A stretch of DNA of 64,000 nt. It comes from Lingula anatina. Lineage: Eukaryota; Animalia; Brachiopoda. Positions 13,737 to 25,700 of the stretch are shown here, piece after piece (within the stretch, counting starts at the first letter, position 1; every line of letters begins with the position of its first letter). The position numbers were made by a program, and so were the translations under genes. The notes below the pieces were generated by a model that saw nothing but the letters and a program-made list of their open reading frames with translations, did no database searches and was not told the origin of the DNA. Location: positions 13,884,587 to 13,948,586 of the forward strand of contig CM120648.1 of assembly GCA_051362555.1 (NCBI GenBank), read 5' to 3'.

Positions 13737-16359
13737 TAATTGTACCACCAGCGTTAGCGCTGGCGGTACACATGGTTTCGGTCCCGTCCGGATCGTTCCG
13801 CCGGCTCCGCCAGCTCCGCCGGCTCCGCCGGACGGCTACCGTTACCGCTTCTCCTCCTAGACTGTAAGGGGCCCCGTACCCATCTCATGGATTTAGGTCA
13901 CCTATAATCTCAACTCGTTCCACGTAAAATTTGGGCTTTGTCGGTATTGGGGTCTGGGTGTGGCACTCATTACAATGCACCCTTGTCTAAAAATGGCAAA
14001 ATTAAATGCTAATTATCTACCCTACGGAAGGAGTTATGGGAAAAATTTCTATAGACGGCCTTCCAAAAGTCATATGTGTAGATTTCAAATATACCCTTGG
14101 ATTTGACCTTTGACCTTTACTTCAAGGTCAAATGGGTCAAAATTTTCAAAAAAATGAAATTTTTTACGAAAAAAATTTTTTTTACCCTGTTATTCAGACA
14201 CTACACAGACTTAACCAATAATATTATTGGAAAGTGTTACCCTTCAGGTCATCTTTCATCTCCATGAATTTGGGGTCAATCGGTGCATTTTCACGGGAGT
14301 AGCGGCCATAAGATACCGAAACTGAAAACTGTCTCTAATTCGGGAACCGTTAATGCTAGAGACCCATTCTTTTTTGCATTTTGTAGAGCATGTAAAGCCC
14401 AACACTGGAGGTGGTCTCCGTTTTTTTGTATTCGATACGGTTTTCGAGTTATGCTGTATCAAAAAGTACATATTGGTGGTAAAAGCAAAATGTGCAGTAC
14501 GGTAATGGATAATAAATTTTGAACTCTGGAAAAATAAAACATAAGGCTTGGCAAAGCAGACAACTTGTGTTCAAAAATGACATTATTTCATCAAATTTGA
14601 ACTTCTGAAACTTCAGAGCACCTCCTATTTCAAGAATTTTGACCAAAATGACTTTTTCTTTATTTTAATTAATTTTTTCTGTACGAAATTTAAGGCACAT
14701 TATGGTAACTCCAAAATTATAACATTTAGTCCCTTATATCTCCAAAACTGGCAGAGATAGGTCCATAGTTACTATTGAAGTTGAATAGGAAGTCATATAC
14801 TGGCAATCTTACTGTGACCTTGAAATTGACCTTTGACCTACTTTCCACCATGAACTGAACTTTGCAAATTTTGCTTCCCTTTTATCTCCAAAACTGGCAG
14901 AGATAGGTCCATAGTTACTATTGAACTTGAATAGGAAGTCATATACTGGCAATCTAAATGTGACCTTAAAATTGACCTTTGACCTACTTTTCACCATGAA
15001 CTGAACTTTGCAAATTTTGCTTCCCTTTTATCTCCAAAACTGGCTGAGATAGGTCCATAGTTAGTATTGAACTTGAATAGAAAGTCATATACTGGCAATC
15101 TAAATGTGACCTTGAAATTGACCTTTGACCTACTTTTCACCATGAATTGAACTTTGCAAATTTTGCTTTCCTTTTATCTCCAAAACTGGCAGAGATAGGT
15201 CCGTAGTTACTATTGAACTTGAATAGGAAGTCATATACTGGCAATCTATATGTGACCTTAAAATTGACCTTTGACCTACTTTTCACCATGAACTGAACTT
15301 TGCAAATTTTGCTTTCCTTTTATCTCCAAAACTGGCAGAGATAGGTCCGTAGTTACTATTGAACTTGAATAGAAAGTCATATACTGGCAATCTAAGTGTG
15401 ACCTTGAAATTGACCTTTGACCTACTTTTCACCATGAATTGAACTTTGCAAATTTTTCTTCCCTTTTATCTCCAAAACTGGCAGAGATAGGTCCATAGTT
15501 ACTATTGAACTTGAATAGGAAGTCATATACTGGCAATCTAAATGTGACCTTAAAATTGACCTTTGACCTACTTTACACCATGAACTGAATTTTGCAAATT
15601 TTGCTTTCCTTTTATCTCCAAAACTGGCTGAGATAGGTCCGTAGTTACTATTGAACTTGAATAGAAAGTCATATACTGGCAATCTAAATGTGACCTTAAA
15701 ATTGACCTTTGACCTACTTTTCACCATAAACTGAACTTTGCAAATTTTGCTTCCCTTTTATCTCCAAAACTGGCAGAGATAGGTCCATAGTTACTATTGA
15801 ACTTGAATAGGAAGTCATATACTGGCAATCTAAATGTGACCTTAAAATTGACCTTTGACCTACTTTTCACCATGAACTGAACTTTGCAAATTTTGCTTTC
15901 CTTTTATCTCCAAAACTGGCTGAGATAGGTCCGTAGTTACTATTGAACTTGAATAGAAAGTCCTATACTGGCAATCTAAGTGTGACCTTGAAATTGACCT
16001 TTGACCTACTTTTTATCATGAAGTGAACTCTGCTAATTTCTTTCTCTTTTAACTTCAAACTTGACAGAGATAGGTCCATAGTTACTCTTGAACTTGAATA
16101 GGAAGTCATATACTGGCAATTTACTGTGACCTTGAAATTGACCCTTGACCTATCTTACAAAGAACTTAAATTTGATTGTACCATATATATTTTTTGCAAT
16201 AGTTTAAAAATTCTTGTTGATTGCATTTTTACAGCTTGTCAAGCACAAAACTGGTGGCTGTGTCCCTTATTTTGTGTATGTGGGGGTCTATACGAATGCG
16301 CTTGCTCCAGCTGGTGGTACAATATTCGGAGGCGGTATCGCCTCTCTGATCCTCTAGTT
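13737..16359. mobile_element. Non-autonomous Helentron-type element carrying an internal satellite array
   Basis: Subterminal IR ATTGTACCACCAGC (13739-13752) / GCTGGTGGTACAAT (16310-16323). Hairpins at 13741-13770 and 16329-16344, a CCG-rich microsatellite near the left end, CTAGTT end, and insertion at a TT site. Confidence 0.85.
14735..16152. repeat. 146-bp tandem repeat, about 9.7 copies
   Basis: TCCAAAACTGG recurs at 14741, 14887, 15033, 15179, 15325, 15471, 15617, 15763 and 15909 (exact period 146). Confidence 0.97.
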
Positions 16360-16605
16360 CTAAAGTGGATTAGAGCATTGGTCCCTGGGAACATAAAAGG
16401 CAAAGACCGTGCCGACGCAATGCCAGCTTCTTTAGACATGTTTTGTAAATACATTCTTACTGCAATAGGAATACCCCAGATATAATGAAGTATCATATTT
16501 ATTTGAACATATACGGAACATATGCGGAATAGAATTCAGACGTGATCCACAAGGCATTTAACACAGATTCATTGAATTACTGAATGCTGTTCACCGCCTT
16601 ACTTA

Positions 16606-16863
16606 GGCTTCATTCACATGCAATGTCTATTTTCTAAATTCTATTTTCTATTTGCGGTATGTCTTATGATCACGGTCTGTGCCCTGAATATCCCGCGGCG
16701 TAATTACTGGCAGCGCGAGCCAGTTACTATAAGTTACTATAAGTAACTGGCTTGCGCTGCCAGTAATTATGCGGCGGGATATTCAGGGCACAGACCGTGA
16801 TCATAAGATAGTGCGAATAGAAAATAGATTTTTAGAAAATAGACATTCCATGTGAACGAAGCC
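16606..16863. mobile_element. PIF/Harbinger-type palindromic MITE
   Basis: About 120-bp near-perfect inverted arms, GGC...GCC ends, TTA duplication at 16603-16605 and 16864-16866. Confidence 0.9.
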
Positions 16864-16992
16864 TTAGAAAGATGATAAATAAATTGCATAATAATGTCTA
16901 AAAATTGTAAAGTATTAAACAAATAAATTAATTGATTCTGATGGAAGACAGCTGTGTTTGAACTATTTCTGATATACTTAACAGACAATTAT

Positions 16993-17780
16993 TTATGTAC
17001 AGTGTTGACATTTATGGCCTTTCATAGGTTCTCCACACTTGGAGCTTATATGCATGCTAATCTGTCCACCAAAAGCTCCAGATTTATAACTTTCTCCCTC
17101 AGCATATTCTAACTTGTCCATTTTTCGCATACAAGAAAGCTTTAGTTTTTTGTGACGATCCTTGTTTTCTGGCATATTCTTGTAATCCGCGTGCCTTTCC
17201 CTTTTTGTGTCAGCGTCCTGCCATGCCTTCGTGGAGTTGCCTGAAAAATGAAGCCCAAGACTTGCAAACAACGCTGTGTTCACTGTTGTTACCCCAACAT
17301 TGAAACGCGCTACTCCCAGAGAGATGCCGAATTCCATCTTATAGTAGCTGTGCCTGTGAGACTTGGGCAGATAGGAGCCCCAAACAACGTGATGCAAATT
17401 TTTGTTGGTATTTTGAGTCCTACAGTTCTTTGCATCTTCTAAAAGATCAAAATCTGCCAGGCGGTTGATAACTGGCATGACTGCTTCTTGAAGTGCAGGT
17501 GGGATGGGGTTTTTCAGCAGCTGTTAGGTGTGTTCTCCGGTAGCCAGGTCGCATTAATACTTGCACCAGCTATTCATCCTGGGGGGGCAGTCTTCGTGTT
17601 GGGGAATTTCTTTCGTGCTTGAATAATTCTTCAAAATGGCTCTAGTTGATTTTTGCATGCTTAAAACTTCGGCCTTATTTTGCCTGATTCCCACTCTGTA
17701 AAAGATCTGGAACGAGATTACTAGCCTCTATGTTAGCCGTCCCTTGCCGCTTAGTGCTTTGCTGTCAGATAGTTTTTGCC
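16993..17780 (-). pseudogene. C-terminal exon of a Kolobok-like ('Mutator-like') DDD/E transposase
   Basis: LSDSKALSGKGRLT, IRQN, PQHEDCP..SWCKY, LLE...TQNTNKNLHHVVW..PK and VARFNVG motifs. Stops and frameshifts are present, with a splice acceptor near 17781. Confidence 0.75.
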
Positions 17781-18044
17781 CTGCAAAGATATAACAGTAT
17801 ATATTAGCATAGGGTTTCTAAATAATTCCTGTTATCACGTACTGAATCAAGAAAACTTTTCAAGAGTCACACATTACTTGAGGAAAGTATATAAAGAATT
17901 ATTTTGTTCAAGTACATCTTGGGATTTTTATAATGGCAAAAAGAAGTGAAATAAAAAAAAAGGTTTAATGAGAAATTCACTTTTCATAAAAGATGCAATT
18001 ACTGTTAGGTAAGTTTGGTCGTAATTCAGTAAAATGGTGAATAT

Positions 18045-18985
18045 TTACCTTGAGTAGTATCTAGTAAGCGGCGTAAACTTGTCCCCATCCTTTCTAACAG
18101 AAGCAAATGTCTGTCTGTCTTCGTCTGTCCGGTGATGCCAGTCACACGGAAGGACTTGGCCACCATCTCCCCTGTGGCCTTCGATGCCAGTCGAGAAGTC
18201 TTCTGCCAGTCCTGTCAACCTCGTCCCTAACAAAGTCAGTCCACAGCTTTAGTAGTTTGTCTTTAAAAGGTTTGTTAAGGCACATGTTGAGTGGCTGTGC
18301 CTTGGAAGTACAGCCTCCTGGAATAACCGCCATTGTTGCCCGGATCCTCCCTGCTTCTTTTCTCACTTTGTCTGTCAGGTGGGCCCCATAGGAGTTTAAA
18401 ACTAGGAGACATGGTCTCCTCTCAGTGTACGGCCAGAGAATCCTTTGCAGCCATACTGCCATCAAATCTTCCGTCATCCAGGCCTTTTCGTTGTGTGTAA
18501 TCAGCCCTCTGGAGAATCGACCTCAATTTGCCTCTTGCCTGCAAAATGAAAGGTAATAATGTAGGTAGTGTAATACATTTTAATAAAGATAGAGACAGGT
18601 TCGTCTGGTCTGTTGGCGTCCGTTCATCAACAAAACAAAATCTGAAAGCAAACTCCAGTGTATCATGCGACTCAAAATAAACTCGTGTTTTTGTTGGTTG
18701 TTACTCATTATAGCAGAAGATTTACCTATAGGCTGAAATAGAATTTAAATTCATGGGTTATTACACTGTGCCTTCAGTTACTGTCTAATTAAAAAATAAT
18801 GAAGAATTTATTTGACACAGACTCAAAATCTGGAGACAGTAACATAATTCGTGATTTAAGTACGGAAATAGGAGTAAACCAGTTACGGTCATTTTTTTAA
18901 AATTAATTTTTACCTTTAAATATCACCATTGTTGGAAGTTTTTTTCCCACTTGCCGCCATGGACTGCACCTCAGTAAAGTGACAT

Positions 18986-19057
<72 letters not shown>

Positions 19058-19200
19058 CCTGTGGTGGTGATTTTCAAATCTTTCTCTCCTTTAGTGTGGA
19101 GAGTCTTGGAAGGTATCACGTCAAATGTCATTGGAACCTAATAAAATTTTACAAAGATTGTAGATTAATCACCCTGAGCTTCAGAGCTAACTTGACACTA
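18045..19200 (-). pseudogene. pogo-family (DDE_1) transposase remnant with an intron
   Basis: MTFD..KTLHTKGEKDLKITTTG and AWMTEDLMAVWL..LLVLNSYGAH..IPGGCTSKAQPLNMCLNKPFK. GT-AG intron at about 18914-18539. Confidence 0.85.
18987..19056. repeat. 70-bp poly(C)/poly(G) tract
   Basis: Uninterrupted homopolymer inside the pogo coding remnant. Confidence 0.9.
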
Positions 19201-19845
19201 ACCTTTTCACTGTAGCCTATCTCCATCGTGTCAAGTAACCTCTGACCAGATTCGAGTGCCCCCGCCGCCCGCCAATCAAATTTAAAGCCCGCACTCAATG
19301 ACTCATTGAACGATCTACCTCACTTTGCCGAGCAGGCAATCTCTCCCACCTCCAACTTTCCGCCCGTTCTTCTTTCTTTGGTAGTCCTTATTTAGCTCTC
19401 TTTTCCAGGTGCTGATGGTCGATTGGGCGATTCCCAGGGATTTTGATATGTGGTTGATGCCGTTGATTTTCAGCCAGGTGTAAAACTTCTTGCTTCGCTG
19501 CTAAGTGGGTACATTTGTAAAAACTGGGTGCATTGGTAATGTTAACATCAAGTTCTTACAGAACCCAAATGGATATTCTTATGGTGCTCTGAAAGTTGAA
19601 TTGTGAACACAATTTCAGTATTGGAAAGGACATATCAATCCTCGATAAGTCTTAGCACCTTATCCAAGTGACTGACTGGCTCAGTAGGGTAACAATGGCT
19701 GACGAGAGTTGTCTGGAAAAGGAACGAAAAACCAAAATAAGGGGGAAATTATGTGAAAAGAAGCTTTGGAATTGGGACTCAGTGTAACTTGTGACAAGAA
19801 TCTCTCAGTGATTAATCATCTCTTGAAATTCAAGAAAATAATTAT

Positions 19846-20620
19846 ACTGGAGAGAAACCTTACAAGTGTAGATTCTGTGACAAGACTTTTATACCACTAA
19901 TAAGTTCTTACAGCACTCAGTAAAAATGTGCACGGAAGAGAAACCTTACAAGTGTAGATTCTGTGACAAAACTTTTAAAGTCAAAACTTCTTGCATATTT
20001 CATGAGAAAATTCACATAGGAGAGAGACCTTTTAAGTGTGGATTCTGTTACAAAACTTTTACTCAAAAAGGCCATTGCATTGTGCATGAAAGAATTCATA
20101 CCGGAGAGAAACCTTACAAGTGTGGATTCTGTCACAAAACTTTTAAAGACAAAAAAAATTGCATATATCATGAGAGAATTCACACAGGAGAGAAACCTTT
20201 TAAGTGTAGATTCTGTGACAAAACTTTTAAAGACAAAACTTCTTGCATACGTCATGAGAGAATTCACACAGGAGAGAGACCTTTCAAGTGTAGATTCTGT
20301 GACAAAACTTTTACTCAAAAAGGCCATTGCACTGAACATGAAAGAATTCATACTGGAGAAAAACCTTACAAGTGTAGATTCTGCGACAAAACTTTTAAAG
20401 ACAAAAAATCTTGCATAGAGCATGAAAGAATTCACACAGGAGAGAAACCTTACAAGTAGATTCTGTGAGGAAACTTTTACACAAAAACATTCTTGCAAAC
20501 ATCATGAAGAAAAATCACGCTGGAGACAAACCTTTGAAGCGTAGACTTTCTGCAAAGCTTCACTCCAAAAGGGAATTGCACTTACCCTGAAACCGTATAC
20601 ACTGGAGACAAAACTTTTAC
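19846..20620 (+). pseudogene. Tandem C2H2 zinc-finger array: six intact fingers in ORF 19926-20459 with broken fingers on both sides
   Basis: CxxC-x12-HxxxH with TGEKPY linkers and 84-bp periodicity. The upstream finger is out of frame with a stop. Loss of TG (AAGTGTAGA>AAGTAGA) creates the TAG at 20457-20459. Confidence 0.8.
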
Positions 20621-20653
20621 TCAAGGCTTTTGCATTGTCCATGTAACCATCTA

Positions 20654-21571
20654 CAGATATTCACAGATATGTCTCTTGCTAGATGGTCATTTAGGGCTCA
20701 ACTCACCCTGTTGAGGAATCCCATGTGGAAACAATTATCTCTGCGCGTGCGCCAAAGGCTTTGTACTTGCTCTGCATGAGCTGAGCTTCACAACGATGTG
20801 ATAACTGCTCGTTACGCAACCAGTCTAAGGCTTTTTTATCTGTCACAGAAGAGCAAGTGATTGAAGCCAGAGTAATTAACTGTCTTGATTGCTGTCACCC
20901 AGACTTAGGCTTCGTTCACATGGAAAGTCTATTTTCTAAAAATCTATTTTCTATTCGCGGTATATCTTGTGATCACGGTCTGTGCCCTGAATATCCCTTG
21001 GCGTAATTACTGGCAGTGCGAGCCAGTTAATTCCAAAGCTGTAATTAATTCTCGGCTGTGCTCGGAAGAGATTCTGATACCTTGACGCATGCGCAGTAGG
21101 AAGTTAGAAAGTTATAGTGGTCGCGGTTCCTTTGAAAAATGTGTTTGTCGATTTTGTGCAATAACAAGACGAAGAAGATGAAGAAGCTATACACACGACA
21201 GATACGAGTGCAACCGTCATGATCCGATGGCAAGCGATGCGGCAACGGAGGATGAGGTTTTATAGAATGCGAGCACAGCTGAGAATTAATTTCAGCTTTG
21301 TATAAGTAACTGGCTTGCGCTGCCAGTAATTACGCCACAGGATTTTCAGGGCACAGACCGTGATCATAAGATACCGCGAATAGAAAATAGATTTGTTAGA
21401 AAATAGACTTTCCATGTGAACGAAGCTTTAGACTGGACCTGCTAAGTGGCAGTGCCTGAGCAGTTATGCAAACAATTATCAGCCATGTAATCAGCCTTGA
21501 GATTCCTCAACAGGGTGAGTTGAGCCCTAAATGACCATCTATCTAGCTAGAGACATATCTGTGAATATCTG
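20654..21571. mobile_element. Tc1/mariner-type MITE hosting a nested Harbinger MITE
   Basis: About 65-bp TIR CAGATATTCACAGATATGTCTCT...TTGAGGAATC, with TA at 20652-20653 and 21572-21573. Confidence 0.88.
20908..21427. mobile_element. PIF/Harbinger-type MITE, longer member of the 16606-16863 family
   Basis: Same arms as the 16.6-kb copy plus inner arms and a spacer. TTA duplication at 20905-20907 and 21428-21430. Confidence 0.9.
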
Positions 21572-23102
21572 TAAAAAATCTATCACTTGCCCTGGTAGAG
21601 GGTACTCAATTCCTCATATAACATAAGTAAAGTCTGTCATTTTGGTTTTTTTCAGTTGATTTTTTTGTATAAAATATATGAATTCACCCAAGCAATGTCA
21701 AGCAAAAACCAAACTGTACAACTGTAGATACCATATCACCTCTCGCTTCAGTCACTTGTATGCATTGATGTACTAGCTGGTCAGATAGATCTACACCTCC
21801 CATATAAGTATTGTATGTGGCCACAGTAATGGGACAGGGTACATTGACCTTTTCCATTTTCCCTTCTGTTTTGAGGAATGTTGCACAGTATCATAGTCTT
21901 CAGTGACAGGGAGCTAGAGTAGTGAGAACAGTAACCACTTTGTCCTTCTAAATCACAGCTGTGAGGGGACCTTGAACATATGGATTGAGTGGCCTCTTTG
22001 AAGATTCTTCACTACAGTGGCTTTCCCATTTATCATATAAGTTGGTCTTTTCTGTTTGGGCATACTGTCCCACAAGCTAAAATACCCCTTCTCAAGAACT
22101 GATAGAAGGCTGGAATACTTGTATAATTGTTGTCCATATTAATATAATGTCCCTTATCCAATAAGAAAAAAAAAAAAAAAAAAGGCTGAGTCACTCTCAT
22201 GATCTTGCATGGGGAAATCCATTTTCAGAAGTATTATTGGCCTTGTCTGTATAAACTTTCATATTATAGATGTACCCTGATATTGTTTCACTTTTTTTAA
22301 AACATATTTATTTCTACAATAAAGATATACATAATAAATACATTCAAAGCAGGCGGCACTTCGCCACAGCATTATGTGCTATCCTGTGTTAATATAATTC
22401 ATAGTAACAAAATGAGTGAATTATGATCATATAGAAGTAATGATAATAATTGTGATAACACTAATTAGTACTCATTGTTGTAAAGGAGAGCAACAGGGAA
22501 GGGGGGGGCATAGACACAGGGCGATATAAGTGGGAAGTGATATACTAGTTGATCAGGAGAGGTAGAGGGTCGGGTGGGTGAACTTATGAAAGCAATTAAG
22601 CATTATCAATTAAGAACATCGAAACAATATCGAAGATTTTATCGTTCTGTCCAGTTGTTAAAGTTTTGTGACCGTGTAGAAACAAAAAAATCTTGTCAAG
22701 CTGCATTCTAAAATATCTATTGTTAACACCCAGGACACTCAATAGCCAAATGAAAATCACAATACTTCAACTGCCTCAGTGGGCACTGGAAGAAAAAATG
22801 GCGTAAGTCTCAGGTTTCCCACAAGAGCAGTTTGGAGAATTCACCGAGTTCCAGTTATGGTTGTATAATTGGGATTTGAACAATAGATCTACACGTGCAC
22901 GGTTTAGATATTTTTCATTCTTTCTTTCTAACTATAGGGTGGTGGTAGATATCGAACCAAAAAAGAGTTCGGATTTCAGAGAATGTTTAAGTGAAGCGAC
23001 ATTTAGAGTGAACTTTTGTACGAGACTGTGACTATTCCATGAAGACACGAGTAAGTATTCAGGACCCTGGAATGTAAACTTAGCTGGGATAATGTAATCT
23101 CT

Positions 23103-23907
23103 CAGGGTTCTCCCCAGGATTTGAAAATAGCCCTTATTTTTTTTTACGCGAGAGTATCGAGGGGGGGGGGGGAGGAGGGGGGGGGGGCTGAAAAAAACTC
23201 ACCCTTCTCGTCAGCAGTCACCTGCAGCCATGCATACGTAGTAAGCCATGTGGGGTCGACGCCCGTTTTTCTTCTTTTCAGATCCTTTTTCAATTTTCTG
23301 TTGTCTTCTGTTACTGTTACAGCCGTGATATTATCCGACACAGCAGTGTCAACGATGTCAGTAAATGTGCGCTCCACGTGTGCTTGTTTTTCACATCTTT
23401 GAACTGCGTGAAAGAAGTCTGTAATGTTGTGCGAGTGCACACGTTTTGGGAGTGGCATTTCGATCCACCATCAAACTGTGAAGAGAAACATCCAATGAAA
23501 TCGCCATATACTGTACACGTGACTGAAGCTGACCTGATTTCGCGAGTAATCGAAATCGTTATGACATAACCCACGTGCACGACCAAATTTTGCGGGAAAA
23601 TAGCGGATGTTGATATTCAAAACTTGTCAGTGCGTAGGCCCCGCGCCCTCAACACGAGATGTTAATACTTGTATTACTGCGCCAGGCAGAATAAAAATAA
23701 ACAACCTAACGTGCACACAAGAGATTCAAGTACGTAGGGCCTACACAAGTCGTTTGCGTCACGACTGTCAGGAATAAAGGCGTTGGGCAGACACACTCTT
23801 CAAGGGTATAGGAGTTCAAAGAAGCGTATTGGCCAAAAAAGAAGCGTATTGGCAAAAAAAATAGAGTATCGGGGCCGATACGCTATAAAGGCCTAGGGAG
23901 AACCCTG
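23103..23907 (-). mobile_element. Internally deleted hAT-like element with 5-bp TSD (hAT5-like)
   Basis: TIR CAGGGTTCTCCC and TCTCT duplication at 23098-23102 and 23908-23912. It retains the first exon of a ZNF862-like transposase (..DPTWLTTYAWLQV.., then a GTGAGT donor). Confidence 0.8.
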
Positions 23908-23912
23908 TCTCT

Positions 23913-24097
23913 GTACAAGGACTCTCTTGTTTGCGGGATATTGGATTTTTAAAAGATAGGAAATCTTTGAGAATATATGTAGGACCCATGTTGTGATGGA
24001 TAGTGAACATAACCTTTTTTGCATGCATTATTCTACAGTTTTCCAGAGTAGCCCAGTTCAACTCTCTAAGTACCTTAATCGTATTCGAACCAGGCAA
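23913..24097 (-). mobile_element. LINE ORF2 C-terminal fragment
   Basis: VLRELNWATLENCR...MFTIHHNMGPTYI resembles the post-RT region of LINEs. Confidence 0.5.
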
Positions 24098-24099
24098 AG

Positions 24100-24500
24100 C
24101 ACCGAAAACAAGCAGACCAGCCTGATAGTGTATATAGAAGAAAGTTTAGAAAGATTCCTATTGATTCACTTAGCATGAAACCTTTCAGATCCCAGTGCAT
24201 AGGTTTGTCCTCCATGAATTACTTGAAGCCGAAGCGTGATTTGCAAGCAATTTCCATTTCTGGCTGGTAGACTGAGTAGGCATCCAAGACTGAGTGCACT
24301 TTATTCAGTTTGTCATATTCAGGGTTATTTCAGTTTGGTATTGCTGTCTGGTGATTTGTGAAGTGAATATACCGTAATATGGCTAGAAACCTGTCTTAAG
24401 ACATTGCCTTTAGTTGTTAGTCCAATAGTCTCTTGTGTTGCTGTTTAATACAAGGCCAATGGTGAAAATAATTCCTAGCCAGGTTTTCAGTTCTTCTAGC
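24100..24500 (-). pseudogene. piggyBac (PGBD4-like) transposase fragment
   Basis: MS*DRFLAILRYIHF..YDKLNKV and IACKSRFGFK*FMEDKP motifs, closely related to 27167-28110. Confidence 0.8.
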
Positions 24501-24619
24501 CCAAGCGTTTTAATGAGTATTAGATTTTGTTTATTTTATTAAATTATTTTATCAACACATCAAGTTAATTTTCACTGAATAATTGTATATGTTGAACCAT
24601 AACAATAAATTTATCTTAA

Positions 24620-24910
24620 CCTATAGCCAGAAACCTGTCCTTGGTGTTCAGCCACCACTGGCATGACTTTCCTGAGGTGCCCAATGTACCTCTTATACTT
24701 CTCATGGTTTATAGTTCCCCAAAATCTTCTGAGACCAGCAGCCAACTCTTCCTTTCTTTTGTGCTTGGTATGTTTTCTTAGTTAATGTTTCATTTCAGCC
24801 CAGGGAAGCGCATTTGGGTCAAGTCTTTCTTGTGGGGGGATATCTTTGTCCAATTTGCACCATTCTCTTCCGACAATTCTTTGGTCACACAGCTCGTGTG
24901 GTTGGGGGGA
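24620..24910 (-). pseudogene. IS630/Tc1-like transposase C-terminal fragment
   Basis: HTSCVTK..EENGANW..PP....WAEMKH*LRK....KEELAAGLRRFWGT...YIGHLRKVMPVVAEHQGQVSGY. Confidence 0.6.
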
Positions 24911-25336
24911 TTGTCCTGGAAAAAAGAAGGTGACCTTTAGGGAGTGTTTCATTCAGGAATCATGGAAGTTTTTCAAAATATCTAGAAGTCTGCATTTATT
25001 TATATGTAAAAAATTGCCAGTTTGGTTGTACCCCTTTTAGAAATCCCTTAAAAAATCCTATTTTATATGATTTAAAATGATTTCTTTGTGTACTATCTTG
25101 TGAAAGCACATAAACCAGGTAATTACTCTATCGCAACCCATGTGAATAAATATCTGACTGAGGCTATGAATTGTTTAAAATGCTATTTTAAATATCACTA
25201 TTGACTAGCAAAAGTGACAATTCAGATATATTAAAACACTATTGACTATTTCTTCAAACTATTATCATATCCAGTTAAGTTTGACAATGGCATCATGGGA
25301 AATTATATTTAAAATAAGAATGCCAGTTTATTTTAA

Positions 25337-25700
25337 AGGGATAATAACTCTTTGTTAAGATTTATATTTCACAATAAAAACATTGTGAACAACTCATAGA
25401 AATATGATATACTCTGTTTTACCACAAAAACGGCAGTTATAGCAGCTGTTGCTATTCTTCTGATATCTGAGCTTGTCTTTAGACCACTTGAACTCCGTTG
25501 ATGGCTATACTCTTAAGAGATTATAACAGAGTATAGCCATCAACGGAGTTTAAAAAAAAAAATTTAGAAAAAAACAACAAAAAAACAGGGACTAACTTTG
25601 AATGTAAAAATGGATTCATTAACCATAGGTAAGTATGGGAAAATTCTTGTTTATTCCAGGAAAATTCATTTTTTGGCCAAAACAAAGAGTTATTATCCCT
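25337..25700. mobile_element. Kolobok-type non-autonomous element (MITE)
   Basis: Perfect 20-bp TIR AGGGATAATAACTCTTTGTT with TTAA on both sides (25333-25336, 25701-25704) and AG..CT termini. Confidence 0.88.

Noticed and set aside
14735-16152. CRISPR-like array
   Set aside because: Units are contiguous near-identical 146-mers with no unique spacers, the context is eukaryotic and there are no cas genes.
18979-19215. Poly-proline or poly-glycine protein
   Set aside because: It is a translation of the homopolymer tract.
19917-20498. 193-aa antisense ORF and other alternative-frame ORFs over the ZF arrays (also 56268-56954)
   Set aside because: These are shadow ORFs caused by repetitive zinc-finger coding sequence.
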